A stretch of DNA of 64,000 nt, taken from assembly GCA_018696395.1 (NCBI GenBank), contig JABHQR010000011.1:56482-120481 (forward strand), given 5' to 3'. Under the pieces are notes generated by a model. That model ran no database searches. It saw only the letters and a program-made list of their open reading frames with translations, and was not told the origin of the DNA. Positions 50,101-58,797 of the stretch are shown in pieces. Every line of letters begins with the position of its first letter. Within the stretch, counting starts at the first letter, position 1. The DNA is from an archaeon (GTDB lineage Archaea > Nanobdellota > Nanobdellia > Woesearchaeales > GW2011-AR9). The position numbers were made by a program, and so were the translations under genes.

Positions 50101-50750
50101 TTTCAATAACTGCTAACACTGGAAGTGCAAGATTAGATGATAATATAATTACTTCATTTATAGGATTGTGTATCCCTGGGATATTTTATCAATTTGATCA
50201 GATGAGACAGATTGAATGTACTTATATCAAATGCCTTAAAGAAAATGTAGCTAATGGAATTACTACAGTTGACATATGTCAGAAAACTAAAGGGTACTTA
50301 TATTGTAAATATATCTTGGGTGAAGTAATGGAAATGTTACCTTTTGACATATTAACTATGGGAGTTCAATTCTTAATGAATATAGTTAAAAATCCAACAG
50401 GAGTATTTTTTGCAGTATTAAATAAATTGTGTTCTCTAGAAGGTTGTTTGTTACCTGTGGAAGGTGGTCTTTGGGTAAAAATTTGTGGGTTTTTTGGTTA
50501 TTTTTACAAATTATTAGATATTGCTAATGATGTTGTTGGTGTTGTACAAGGATTTAAAGTTACTCAATATGATGTCTGTGCAGAAGCTGGTGTCCAAGAA
50601 ATGTTGGATGAAGTTAATGCAAATAAAGCGGGTGAAGAAGAAGCTGAATCAGTAACTACTGACGATTTGGATAGTAGTTCAAGTGATGGTGATTCAAGTA
50701 GTAGTGATAGTTCAGGTGAAGATGAATCAAGCGATAGTGGGGATGAATAA
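47145..50750 (+). CDS. Giant acidic membrane-anchored protein (Ig-like repeats, Cys-rich hydrophobic C-terminal region)
   Basis: N-terminal TM/signal segment, repeated D..(A/E/Q)P.I and D.AGN Ig-like motifs, C-terminal CIPGI..RQIEC.Y..CL..C...K.Y..CKY, Ser/Asp tail. Confidence 0.85.
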   Translation: MDLESLNRPIERQNVIENESTNWESAQSIRSKKIWSFVGLFIICLVVSLPIYSANAMATSLSVTSNTGNSNYEGYLNAEGDTWNLEATITDYESDFGETAISPDQVIAEIGSSQVEFNSCSASSGNTVCKFQSVLEDGIAEGTYSFDVVIYDMVEGSNSSDLGGMLASDSETITADGSEPSISISDIYQMDGNVYLDFTVEDQPDGLCSGLSEIEILDSETGTSLETISLSEEDWLGVCEFDYINDGDNAGVLSVELDGEGTRYIKVQATDFLGHTETSSAYSFATDFVAPVIQTGTLALLDFGAYVGEEIQASDVAINITECDEIADVTATSDDMEFYSQSADCDEIDDEECIWECIWEDISINADGSSVSAEITAVDEAGNSASSTVSSTFDLDSDAPEVIYFGSQYQYDDYSYVPADGDSVLYMQISESGSGIDEDSIALNLYAFGESDWQEPDVCENSTSGSYDYECQWEIDDAGTDGMTTTEEVNLRYVSDKVGNDGTLTSYEIIVDGVQPQITELEVYGFSAIGQKDYFQSNDDLVIEMTVTETSGLAVYVDVNDIVMDAENKYLYDDLKYGKNMTGWVEFDESSCSRDEETIDWECSFSVDSIKSGYDSHANFEVLIMDTAGNSANWEYLDSNDDAQNVIGGSEGEYSIEIYALDEETQPDFWEQSSGSSTLNSAFVDLDIVGLTYPQIALTTSLRSDNDAKATLIELDECYPSEDETGYTPTISRSLLFGGSASGEPDSSPDLTIILEFESFAASEVVDLGALAEDGDDEFDGIDLEYTCQMRIYSVLDDTALSYAETQEIDLVIPFEYSEMGALDENVDLLMYEAVDKGWFRFLNVMGKIQKIINWIQWGGKIITAFMTLINVIDIIQIGFDKTRVLSSGGYFFASNACIVSNVGIKENLINFFDDFGVVFQILSCNPSPTKIDGGTGAATAVHNYQQGVLEIWKVAKGDWIGNAFADKIGDSGEKTASGEAWSDIVSITANTGSARLDDNIITSFIGLCIPGIFYQFDQMRQIECTYIKCLKENVANGITTVDICQKTKGYLYCKYILGEVMEMLPFDILTMGVQFLMNIVKNPTGVFFAVLNKLCSLEGCLLPVEGGLWVKICGFFGYFYKLLDIANDVVGVVQGFKVTQYDVCAEAGVQEMLDEVNANKAGEEEAESVTTDDLDSSSSDGDSSSSDSSGEDESSDSGDE

Positions 50751-51216
50751 AAAGATGAGTAAAATCAGTTGGTGTTGGAAACAGAAAAATGGGTTTGAAA
50801 TAATTGAACCTAACACTAACCTTAGTAATGCTTATCTAATCGAAGCAAGAACAACATTGAAAAAAATAGTACAAGATGGTAATCGAACTAATTACGATAA
50901 ATGGGACCTTATCATGTCTTATTATTCATGTTACAATGCTTTATATTCAATATTGATGAAAGCTGGAATTAAATGTGAATTACATTCTTGTACGATTGAA
51001 ATGATGAAATTTATTGAGTCATTTACTGATGAAGATTATGAATTTTTAATGAATTTAAAAGATAAAAGGATTGATGTACAATATTATTTGAAAGATTACA
51101 AAATTAATGAAAATCAGATTAAAAAAGTTAAATTATTTGTCCATAAGTGTGAAGTTATATTGAACAAAACTGATTTGTCTAAACTAAGAGGTGAACTTGA
51201 TGGTACAAAAAAATAG
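50743..51216 (+). CDS. HEPN-domain protein
   Basis: YYSCYNAL..CELHSCTI..KRIDVQYY (R-x4-Y variant). Start at ATG 50743 or 50755. Confidence 0.8.
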   Translation: MNKKMSKISWCWKQKNGFEIIEPNTNLSNAYLIEARTTLKKIVQDGNRTNYDKWDLIMSYYSCYNALYSILMKAGIKCELHSCTIEMMKFIESFTDEDYEFLMNLKDKRIDVQYYLKDYKINENQIKKVKLFVHKCEVILNKTDLSKLRGELDGTKK

Positions 51217-51793
51217 ACATATGTCTAAAAAAATAGACATAACCTCTTTATACTTGTCTGATTATAATTTATATTTTTCAGGGAGAGAAATTGGACGTTT
51301 AGTAAAGATTAACCACCAAACTGCTATGAACCTCTTAAAACAGTTAGTTAAAGAAAAAGTTTTGACAATAGTTAAGAAAGGTAGAAGTAATTTATATTAT
51401 TTGAACCTTGACAGTTTTGAATGTACTTATTATCTTCAAATTGCTGAAATTGTTAAAGCAAGAAATGCTTTAAGTAATGTTGAATTAAAATTAGTTATTG
51501 AAAAAATTGTTAGTTTATGTGAAACTGTAATTGTGTTTGGAAGTTTTTCTTCTGGAAAACAGAAAAACAGTTCAGACATTGACTTGGTTGTAGTATCTCC
51601 TAGAAGTAAAGTTAAAATTCAGGACGAAATAAAGATTTTTCCAAGAGAAATTAATATTGAATATGTTACTTGGAACAGTTTTGCAAAATCGTTAAATAAA
51701 AAGAATCATTTAGCTATAGAGATTAAGAAAAATCATTTGGTGTATGGGAATGTTCATGGACTAGTTGAAATTTATAAGGATTATCAAAAATGA
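51191..51793 (+). CDS. wHTH + minimal nucleotidyltransferase (MNT)
   Basis: SGREIGRLVKINHQTA..L..LV wHTH and VFGSFSSG..SDIDL (GS-x10-DxD). Start may be 51200 or 51221. Confidence 0.9.
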   Translation: MNLMVQKNRHMSKKIDITSLYLSDYNLYFSGREIGRLVKINHQTAMNLLKQLVKEKVLTIVKKGRSNLYYLNLDSFECTYYLQIAEIVKARNALSNVELKLVIEKIVSLCETVIVFGSFSSGKQKNSSDIDLVVVSPRSKVKIQDEIKIFPREINIEYVTWNSFAKSLNKKNHLAIEIKKNHLVYGNVHGLVEIYKDYQK

Positions 51794-54237
51794 AACATAA
51801 ACTATTCGCGATTGGAATTGTAATGATGTTGGTAATGTCTGGGTTAGTTGTTGGTGCTACTTTTGGGGGAACTACGAGTGGTAGTAGTGGTAATGGTGCT
51901 GGTTCAACAGAGGATTGTATTTTTTTACCTGGTAATGTTTGTATCCATCCAGGTTTAGAAGATTCTGTTATGAACAATGGTGTTGATGTTGATGATTCTG
52001 ACCATGGCACTAAATGTGCTGATGGTGGATATACTGCTTGTTGGTATGTTGATGATCGGACTAAAAAAGTTATGTGGGATGAAGATGGGTTAAGTGGTGA
52101 TCAAAAAGGAAAAGTTGCTACCAGTAGTAATGATATCATGTCAGAAAGTTTGAAAACAGAAGATGGTGCAGTTGTTTTTACTCCTGAAACTGGATTTGTT
52201 AGAACTGCAAAGAGAGATAAAGTAACTTATTATTATACTCCAGATGGGATTGTTATTGGTAGTAATGGTAATGTTTATGTCCAAAGTTCTACTGATGATG
52301 CTCAAAACCCAGATGGACATAAAAACCAGAAAATAGGATCTGGCGTTGACTTTGGTAATATTAAATCAATAGATTATATAGGTGATATGCCTTACATTGT
52401 TACTGGTGAAGGTGATGGTGCAACGCATTATTTTATGCAATCTGAGTCTAGTAAGACTGATGTAACTCTATCTCAAAGAGAGTACGATGCTGTTGGTGAA
52501 ACAATACAAGGCGCTGGTGGATTTAGTGATTATTATGAAAGTAAGGATGGTATTAAATCATTTACTTTTGGTGAACCAGAGGATGGTAGAACTAGAACTT
52601 CAGTAGGAGAATCTGATGGTGTCTTGTCTATATATCATGCTTCAAGTGAAGCTGGAAAAGTTGAGTTCAAACAAACTTCTGGCGAATACCAGTTTACAGA
52701 TGGTAGTACTATCACTTTTGATGAAGAATTTGAAGCAATCTTAGATTCAGGTGGAAGTAGAGTGAAGGGAACATTAAAATATGCTTCAAAACTTAAAGAA
52801 TATACCATAGTAAATGATGATGGGGATGTGTTAGCAAGAGTTAGTAATAAAGCTGAAGATGGCACTACCACTGAATATGTTAATGATGGCGTAACATACA
52901 AAAAGACAATCGATGATGGTGAAGGTAATAGAAGGGCTGAGAATTATAATGATGGGCAAATAACTTCTGATTATGGTACAACGAGTGATGGGTTGCAGTA
53001 TGAAACTGAGTATGAACTTAAAGGAACTACTGGTGGTTTTGGAGATCAATTGAAAAGTGGAACAAGATATGTATATGATGGTGATGGTAATTTGATTGGT
53101 TTTAATTATGATGATGCTGCTGCAAATGGCATGGGTAATCTTGAGTATGTACAATATTATATTAAAATTGATAATGAAGGTAATGTTCAATTTAGTAGTA
53201 ATGAAGGAACTAATTGGGGTGATACTCTATCAACTTGTACTGGTTCATGTTTAGAAGCACTTGAATCAGCAGCACAAAAGAAACAGCATGAAGAAAATAT
53301 TATCTCATTTGCAGAAGGTTATGATGAAGTTGCAAATATATTTTCATTATCAAATGATCTGTACTCTATCAATAGCTTAATCTTCTCACAGATTGATGGT
53401 TATAATGAATTAGTTAATAAGATTGATTCTTGGTTTGCAAGTTCAATTTTAGGTAACCCTGAAAAAGCGTTAACTTCACTAATTTGTGATCATATGTTTT
53501 TCGATAGTCCACAAGATATGGCTTCTGATGGGATTGCTGTGATTGAAAATTCTTATGGTAACAAACAAGCAATTGCAATGATTAATGCAGAAGTTACTGA
53601 AAGTAGTGCTTTACTTTGTTCGTTGGAATTTGATGAAGATGATGAAGGAGAGTACAGTTGTCCTGAAGGATTGGAATGTAACGAAAATGATGGTTTTTGT
53701 TATAATGAAAATGATGAACGAGCAAATGGTTATTTTTATAAAGTTACTTGGGGTATGAGTGCACCTGCAGATGAAGCTTTAACACCTGAAGTCATGGAAG
53801 GAAATTTGGCTGTAGAATATAATGTTGTATTAGATAAAGATGATAATGATTATTATAACTTTTATGAATCGGATTCTTCTGAAGATTGTCCTTTAAAATT
53901 GTCTAATGGTGAATCTGATGGAGCAGTGATTACTTGGTGGAGTGATCAGGACTATACCGGACATGAAGTTTGTATCTTGTGGGAAAGGTGCGGTACTAGA
54001 ATATATACTTCTGGTGGTGATGCGATGCGTACTGATTTCTGGAAATCTCAAAATCCTGGGACTTTGATTACTGGGAATTTAGTTGAAATGTCTGACATAT
54101 GCAATACCATCGTAAAAGCTAAAACTGGTATAGTACAACTAACTAACCCTGATGGTTATAGTCTAAGCACGAAAAGTTCAAATAGTGATGACGATGTAGA
54201 TTCTAATGATGATGATATTGAAGTAAATTATCCTTAA
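51790..54237 (+). CDS. Large secreted acidic protein
   Basis: Signal peptide MKHKLFAIGIVMMLVMSGLVVG, G/D/T-rich beta-strand-like repeats, Cys-containing C-terminal part. ATGA overlap with MNT. Confidence 0.85.
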   Translation: MKHKLFAIGIVMMLVMSGLVVGATFGGTTSGSSGNGAGSTEDCIFLPGNVCIHPGLEDSVMNNGVDVDDSDHGTKCADGGYTACWYVDDRTKKVMWDEDGLSGDQKGKVATSSNDIMSESLKTEDGAVVFTPETGFVRTAKRDKVTYYYTPDGIVIGSNGNVYVQSSTDDAQNPDGHKNQKIGSGVDFGNIKSIDYIGDMPYIVTGEGDGATHYFMQSESSKTDVTLSQREYDAVGETIQGAGGFSDYYESKDGIKSFTFGEPEDGRTRTSVGESDGVLSIYHASSEAGKVEFKQTSGEYQFTDGSTITFDEEFEAILDSGGSRVKGTLKYASKLKEYTIVNDDGDVLARVSNKAEDGTTTEYVNDGVTYKKTIDDGEGNRRAENYNDGQITSDYGTTSDGLQYETEYELKGTTGGFGDQLKSGTRYVYDGDGNLIGFNYDDAAANGMGNLEYVQYYIKIDNEGNVQFSSNEGTNWGDTLSTCTGSCLEALESAAQKKQHEENIISFAEGYDEVANIFSLSNDLYSINSLIFSQIDGYNELVNKIDSWFASSILGNPEKALTSLICDHMFFDSPQDMASDGIAVIENSYGNKQAIAMINAEVTESSALLCSLEFDEDDEGEYSCPEGLECNENDGFCYNENDERANGYFYKVTWGMSAPADEALTPEVMEGNLAVEYNVVLDKDDNDYYNFYESDSSEDCPLKLSNGESDGAVITWWSDQDYTGHEVCILWERCGTRIYTSGGDAMRTDFWKSQNPGTLITGNLVEMSDICNTIVKAKTGIVQLTNPDGYSLSTKSSNSDDDVDSNDDDIEVNYP

Positions 54238-54272
54238 CATTATGAATAACTTGTAGATCTTAATTATAAAAA

Positions 54273-55151
54273 ATGAAAAAGTTTAATCTCAGTTTTGTCA
54301 AATCAAGTATAAGTAATTATTTCAACCTACTCAGAGAACTGAAATCTGATAAGTTCATGAAAACTTTTAGCATAGACTTTATTTCAATTTTATTCTTTTC
54401 ATTATTAGCAACAATTTATGGGTTTTATTTGAACAAAATTTCTGCAAATTTGTTAGAAACATGGGATTTAACTAATCTGAATATTAATATTTTTGAAAAA
54501 AGTGCCGAAGAGTTAGAATTGTTTTCTAATGATTTACAGTTTTTTTTAATATTTTTTCTAATTGGATTAACAGTAATTATAATCTCTGGATTAGTGATTT
54601 ACACTTATTCTAGGTATCGAATTTGGAAAGAATTATCTCCCACTAAAAAACATAAACATTACTTTTTAAAATGGATTGTAATGGTCCTTTCTTTAGGGTT
54701 AATTATAATCTCATTCTTATTACTTTTATCATCTTTAATTGTAATGATTAGAGAATTTTTATTATTATTCTATTACTCCGAAATATATTATTATGTTGCA
54801 CAACTAATTTCCAGTTTTATAGGATTATATCTAATGGTTATGTTTATCAATGTAATGTTTGCAATCAAGTTCAGTTTTAATCAATCGTATAAAGTGTGGG
54901 ATTCAATTGGTAAAGGGTTTGGATTGATTAGAAATAATCTCAAAAAATCTCTTAAAATTTGCTTATTTGAATGGTTAACATTAATTTTGTTAACTGTTAT
55001 AATTTTTTTACCTTTAAATTATTTCTTTACTTTAAGTGAGTTAGTTAGTTATCTAATCAAGTTAATCATTTTTGTACTTATACTTGCTTGGTACAGAATA
55101 GTCTTTGTAAAACATATTGTCAAAAAAGAAATTCATCATAAAAAAGAATAA
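54273..55151 (+). CDS. Polytopic membrane protein
   Basis: About 6 hydrophobic segments. Confidence 0.8.
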   Translation: MKKFNLSFVKSSISNYFNLLRELKSDKFMKTFSIDFISILFFSLLATIYGFYLNKISANLLETWDLTNLNINIFEKSAEELELFSNDLQFFLIFFLIGLTVIIISGLVIYTYSRYRIWKELSPTKKHKHYFLKWIVMVLSLGLIIISFLLLLSSLIVMIREFLLLFYYSEIYYYVAQLISSFIGLYLMVMFINVMFAIKFSFNQSYKVWDSIGKGFGLIRNNLKKSLKICLFEWLTLILLTVIIFLPLNYFFTLSELVSYLIKLIIFVLILAWYRIVFVKHIVKKEIHHKKE

Positions 55152-55187
55152 ACTGAAGAATAAAAAATAAAAATTAAAATAATATCA

Positions 55188-56162
55188 TTATTCACCTAAA
55201 TACTCCTTAACCACATCTTTCTCTGGACAAACAAGTAATCCAATAGAATAATCTCCCCCTTCAACTTCCAGGCCTTGCGCTTCTAAACTTAACTCTACAG
55301 TTTCTCTTTGTGTTTGTGTTTTGATGTAATTTAATGCACGTTGTCTTTGACTGGAAGGTAACCAACTTAAATTTACATTATCTAAACTCATATCGCTGAT
55401 ACTTTCAGAAATGATGTGAGGATAACCAATGTTCATATCAATTTCAATTGCACCTTCATTGTCTGAGGTATAAGTTCTATCTAACCCTTCAGGAAACAAT
55501 ATACTAGCTTTTGCACTAACAGCTATTTCAATACCTGGTGCTGGTGAGGAAGATAAGATTTTTGGTTCCAGTTCAACTTCCCTAATTTCATTTTCAGTTC
55601 TGTCTGGAAGATCTTCTCTATTAGTTCTGCTTTTAGTATTATTTAACACATAAGCAAATACTGATGATGTCATTTGGTATGAATTGTTTGGATCTCTACC
55701 TACTTGAAAATTGTGTGAGCTAACTGCTTCACATTCATAAATATAATCTTTATATTCTCTAATCATAATTCTTTCTCTGTCCCAACTAACTTTCTCAGTT
55801 CTGACTGTTTTCTCAATATCTTGTCCTTGAACCATTACAACTAATTTATCATTATCTAAATCTGCAAAATAATTATTAGAAAAAGCGTACCTAAACCTTT
55901 GTGTGATATTATCGCTATGGTCAGTAACTCTTTCATTACTTCTTCTTTCAACCCATTCATACCTTTCACTGATTAAATCAGTTTCAGTAACACTAGGATA
56001 CTTTTTTAATGGATTATTACAAGCTTCTCCTTCAATTTGGCTTTTGTGTGCTCTGTTTCCTTGAGCATTTGTATTACCTAACGCAGCTCCATCAACATTT
56101 CCACTCAACCCCAACACACCTACAAAAGTTGATCCTAACAATATTTGATTTAATTTATTCAT
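55188..56162 (-). CDS. Secreted hypothetical protein
   Basis: N-terminal signal-like MNKLNQILLGSTFVGVLGLSG. Confidence 0.7.
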   Translation of the reverse strand: MNKLNQILLGSTFVGVLGLSGNVDGAALGNTNAQGNRAHKSQIEGEACNNPLKKYPSVTETDLISERYEWVERRSNERVTDHSDNITQRFRYAFSNNYFADLDNDKLVVMVQGQDIEKTVRTEKVSWDRERIMIREYKDYIYECEAVSSHNFQVGRDPNNSYQMTSSVFAYVLNNTKSRTNREDLPDRTENEIREVELEPKILSSSPAPGIEIAVSAKASILFPEGLDRTYTSDNEGAIEIDMNIGYPHIISESISDMSLDNVNLSWLPSSQRQRALNYIKTQTQRETVELSLEAQGLEVEGGDYSIGLLVCPEKDVVKEYLGE

Positions 56163-56307
56163 TTTAATTTTTCCCCAAATTTACATATAATCAGAACATA
56201 ATTCTTCTAATAACAAGTTATAACCAAAATTATATTTAAATATTATTGTAATATCTTATCTAGTCAACAAAAAACATTTATAAGCATTAATAATATCTTA
56301 TTAATAG

Positions 56308-58797
56308 ATGTTGATAAAAAGGGGATTAAGTCAAAGTAGATGTAATAATAAAGGTCAAGTGACTGTTTTTATAATACTAGGTATAGTTATACTAGCTTCA
56401 GTAATGTTTCTCTTATTTATTATTAGTCAAACCAGATTGAATCAATTAGAAACTGGGCAAGAACAAATTATCTCTGACAGTTTTAAAGGTGAAAGTTTAA
56501 GATTGTACGTTGAAGATTGTTTAATGGACAGTTTAGAAGATGGTTTAACTCTTATTGGTCAACAAGGAAGATTATGGGACGGTCAACCTGGAAGTACATT
56601 AACTTTTGTTGAAGGGGAAAATGGTCTCAGTTTTACTTTGGGCGAATTTTCACAAGTTTATTATGGTATTACTTACAATGAACAAGATCCAGAAAACAGT
56701 TATCCTTGTGAAGAAAATATTACCAACTTACCAGACTTTTGTAGGTACGTGACTGGTGATGATGGGAAGTTTGGTACTAAACAAAAACTTACTAAATCTA
56801 ACGTTGAAAATGATTTGGAAGATTATATGATTAACGAAAGTGTATTCTGTGTGCAAGAATTGTTGTATGGTGAAAATTCTTTAGTAACTAATGTTTTAAC
56901 AGAAGATATTGAATTGGATGTTAGTTTTGAACCGGATGGAATTATGATAAAAGTTGAATATCCTATTAATATTTACACTGAAGGTAAAAATTATTTTCAT
57001 ATGGAAGATTTTAGTTTTATTTACTTATCAGAAATTAGTGATTTTTTAACTAGGGCTGTAACTACTCCCTTAAATTCTGATCAAGGTGATGTGACTTATG
57101 TGATTGATGAAGATACTTTGCAAGAATCGCACATATATGAAGAATTATCTCCAATACTTGTTAGGGAAGAAACTGGTGAAGGTGATAACGTTTTTATCTT
57201 TACTTTAGGTTCAGGCATTATTTTACAGAACGATGAATATTTGTTTCAGTATGCTGTTCAAAACAGACCACCCGCGTTAGATTATATCTCTCGTGATAGT
57301 TGTGGTGGGTACGATTATTTGGCAATTAATGGATATGAAACTGAATATGGGTTCATAAACATTACACCTAACGCACTTGATCCAGATGATGATAACGTTA
57401 GTTATCGATATGATTATTCTAATTTGTTAAGTGGATATAATGTTTTCATAAATCCTTATGATCATTTTTATATGGATTTAAGTAATTATAATTTAAATCC
57501 TGGCTTGTACAATTTCACAGTTTACGCTGACGATGAACATGGTTTAATGGATTGGCAAGTTGTACGTGTCTTGCTTGATAGAAATATGGAAGTTAATATT
57601 AGTATTGCTACGCCTTACGAAACTTTTACTTCTGGTCAAGCGATATTATCTATCGAAGATCCAGTGTTCATTAACATTACTGCTCCGGAAAGTTCTGTTG
57701 ACGAAGAAACTTTCGAAATGTTAATTTTGGATTATGAAGGTAACAATGATGAGAATTTTAGTTTAACAATTCCTTACTTTGAACCGGGGGAACAATGTTT
57801 AAGTTTGCCTAATGTTGCGGGGGAAGGCGGTTTAAGTTGCGATTTGGAAGAATACAGTGATGGTGTGGCAGTAGGTTCTAACATAGAAGGTTGGGATACT
57901 AATTTTTTACAAACATTAGATTTACCTTACTTCCAACAATTAACTGATACTGGTGTGATGGAAATAACATTTACTGCAAATTATTGTTCGCAATATCAAC
58001 AAGAACGTGATGATTCGATTAAAGTTAAAGTGCAGGAATGTATTGATTGGCCTGGTGTACCCCTTCATCCGTATCCATATGTTCCTGGAAAAACTTATCA
58101 TAATTATGTTTATGTTGATTCTAGTACTGATGAACTAAAGTTAGATTCAGTAAATCATGAACCAGTGGAAGAAGAAATAAATCCTTTCCTAGCAAGGCAT
58201 GAATGTTGTGCAAGTGATGGAACTTATGAACCAACTTCTACCATCTGTTACCAAAGTGAACCTGGTTGTTATAATAAGTTAGGCAATGGTTATTTTTATT
58301 CTGATTATGAAACTGGTTATGTTTTAGAAGAACACTACATCAATTGTAGTGGTGATCGAGGTAATATCTGTGATGGTGATTCTAATTATCAATTAGCGGG
58401 AGGAGAATTAAGGTGTGGTCATTATGGTGAAAATCAGTGTGATAAAGTAAGTCCTAAATGTGAAGATGATCTAGCATGGGGTTACAGAGATTCAAATGAT
58501 GATGGTCAGAATGATTATTGGTGTCATGGAAAGATGGGATGTGAAATGGCTTGTACGAGTGCTGTTGTATATGTGGGTGATTATTACACAACCCCTGGTC
58601 ATGATGAAGAAATTAATAAATGGGCTATAGAAACATTTGCAACTTCTGATTCTGAGAGTGATTTAGTTCCAGGTAAATTTAATTTTAGATGTGGTTGTTA
58701 TGATTCAGATGTTGATGTTGGTGATTATTGTGATTCTAATATGGACGGTTTGTTTAGTGGTTACTGTAATCAAAATGGAGAATGCTCGGAGAGTTAA
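56308..58797 (+). CDS. Large acidic surface protein with class III signal peptide, Ig/cadherin-like domain and Cys-rich C-terminus
   Basis: NNKG|QVTVFIILGIVIL, YVEDCL..GQQG, NRPPALD..ALDPDDDNVSY and many C-terminal cysteines. TATA at 56277-56284. Confidence 0.85.
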   Translation: MLIKRGLSQSRCNNKGQVTVFIILGIVILASVMFLLFIISQTRLNQLETGQEQIISDSFKGESLRLYVEDCLMDSLEDGLTLIGQQGRLWDGQPGSTLTFVEGENGLSFTLGEFSQVYYGITYNEQDPENSYPCEENITNLPDFCRYVTGDDGKFGTKQKLTKSNVENDLEDYMINESVFCVQELLYGENSLVTNVLTEDIELDVSFEPDGIMIKVEYPINIYTEGKNYFHMEDFSFIYLSEISDFLTRAVTTPLNSDQGDVTYVIDEDTLQESHIYEELSPILVREETGEGDNVFIFTLGSGIILQNDEYLFQYAVQNRPPALDYISRDSCGGYDYLAINGYETEYGFINITPNALDPDDDNVSYRYDYSNLLSGYNVFINPYDHFYMDLSNYNLNPGLYNFTVYADDEHGLMDWQVVRVLLDRNMEVNISIATPYETFTSGQAILSIEDPVFINITAPESSVDEETFEMLILDYEGNNDENFSLTIPYFEPGEQCLSLPNVAGEGGLSCDLEEYSDGVAVGSNIEGWDTNFLQTLDLPYFQQLTDTGVMEITFTANYCSQYQQERDDSIKVKVQECIDWPGVPLHPYPYVPGKTYHNYVYVDSSTDELKLDSVNHEPVEEEINPFLARHECCASDGTYEPTSTICYQSEPGCYNKLGNGYFYSDYETGYVLEEHYINCSGDRGNICDGDSNYQLAGGELRCGHYGENQCDKVSPKCEDDLAWGYRDSNDDGQNDYWCHGKMGCEMACTSAVVYVGDYYTTPGHDEEINKWAIETFATSDSESDLVPGKFNFRCGCYDSDVDVGDYCDSNMDGLFSGYCNQNGECSES

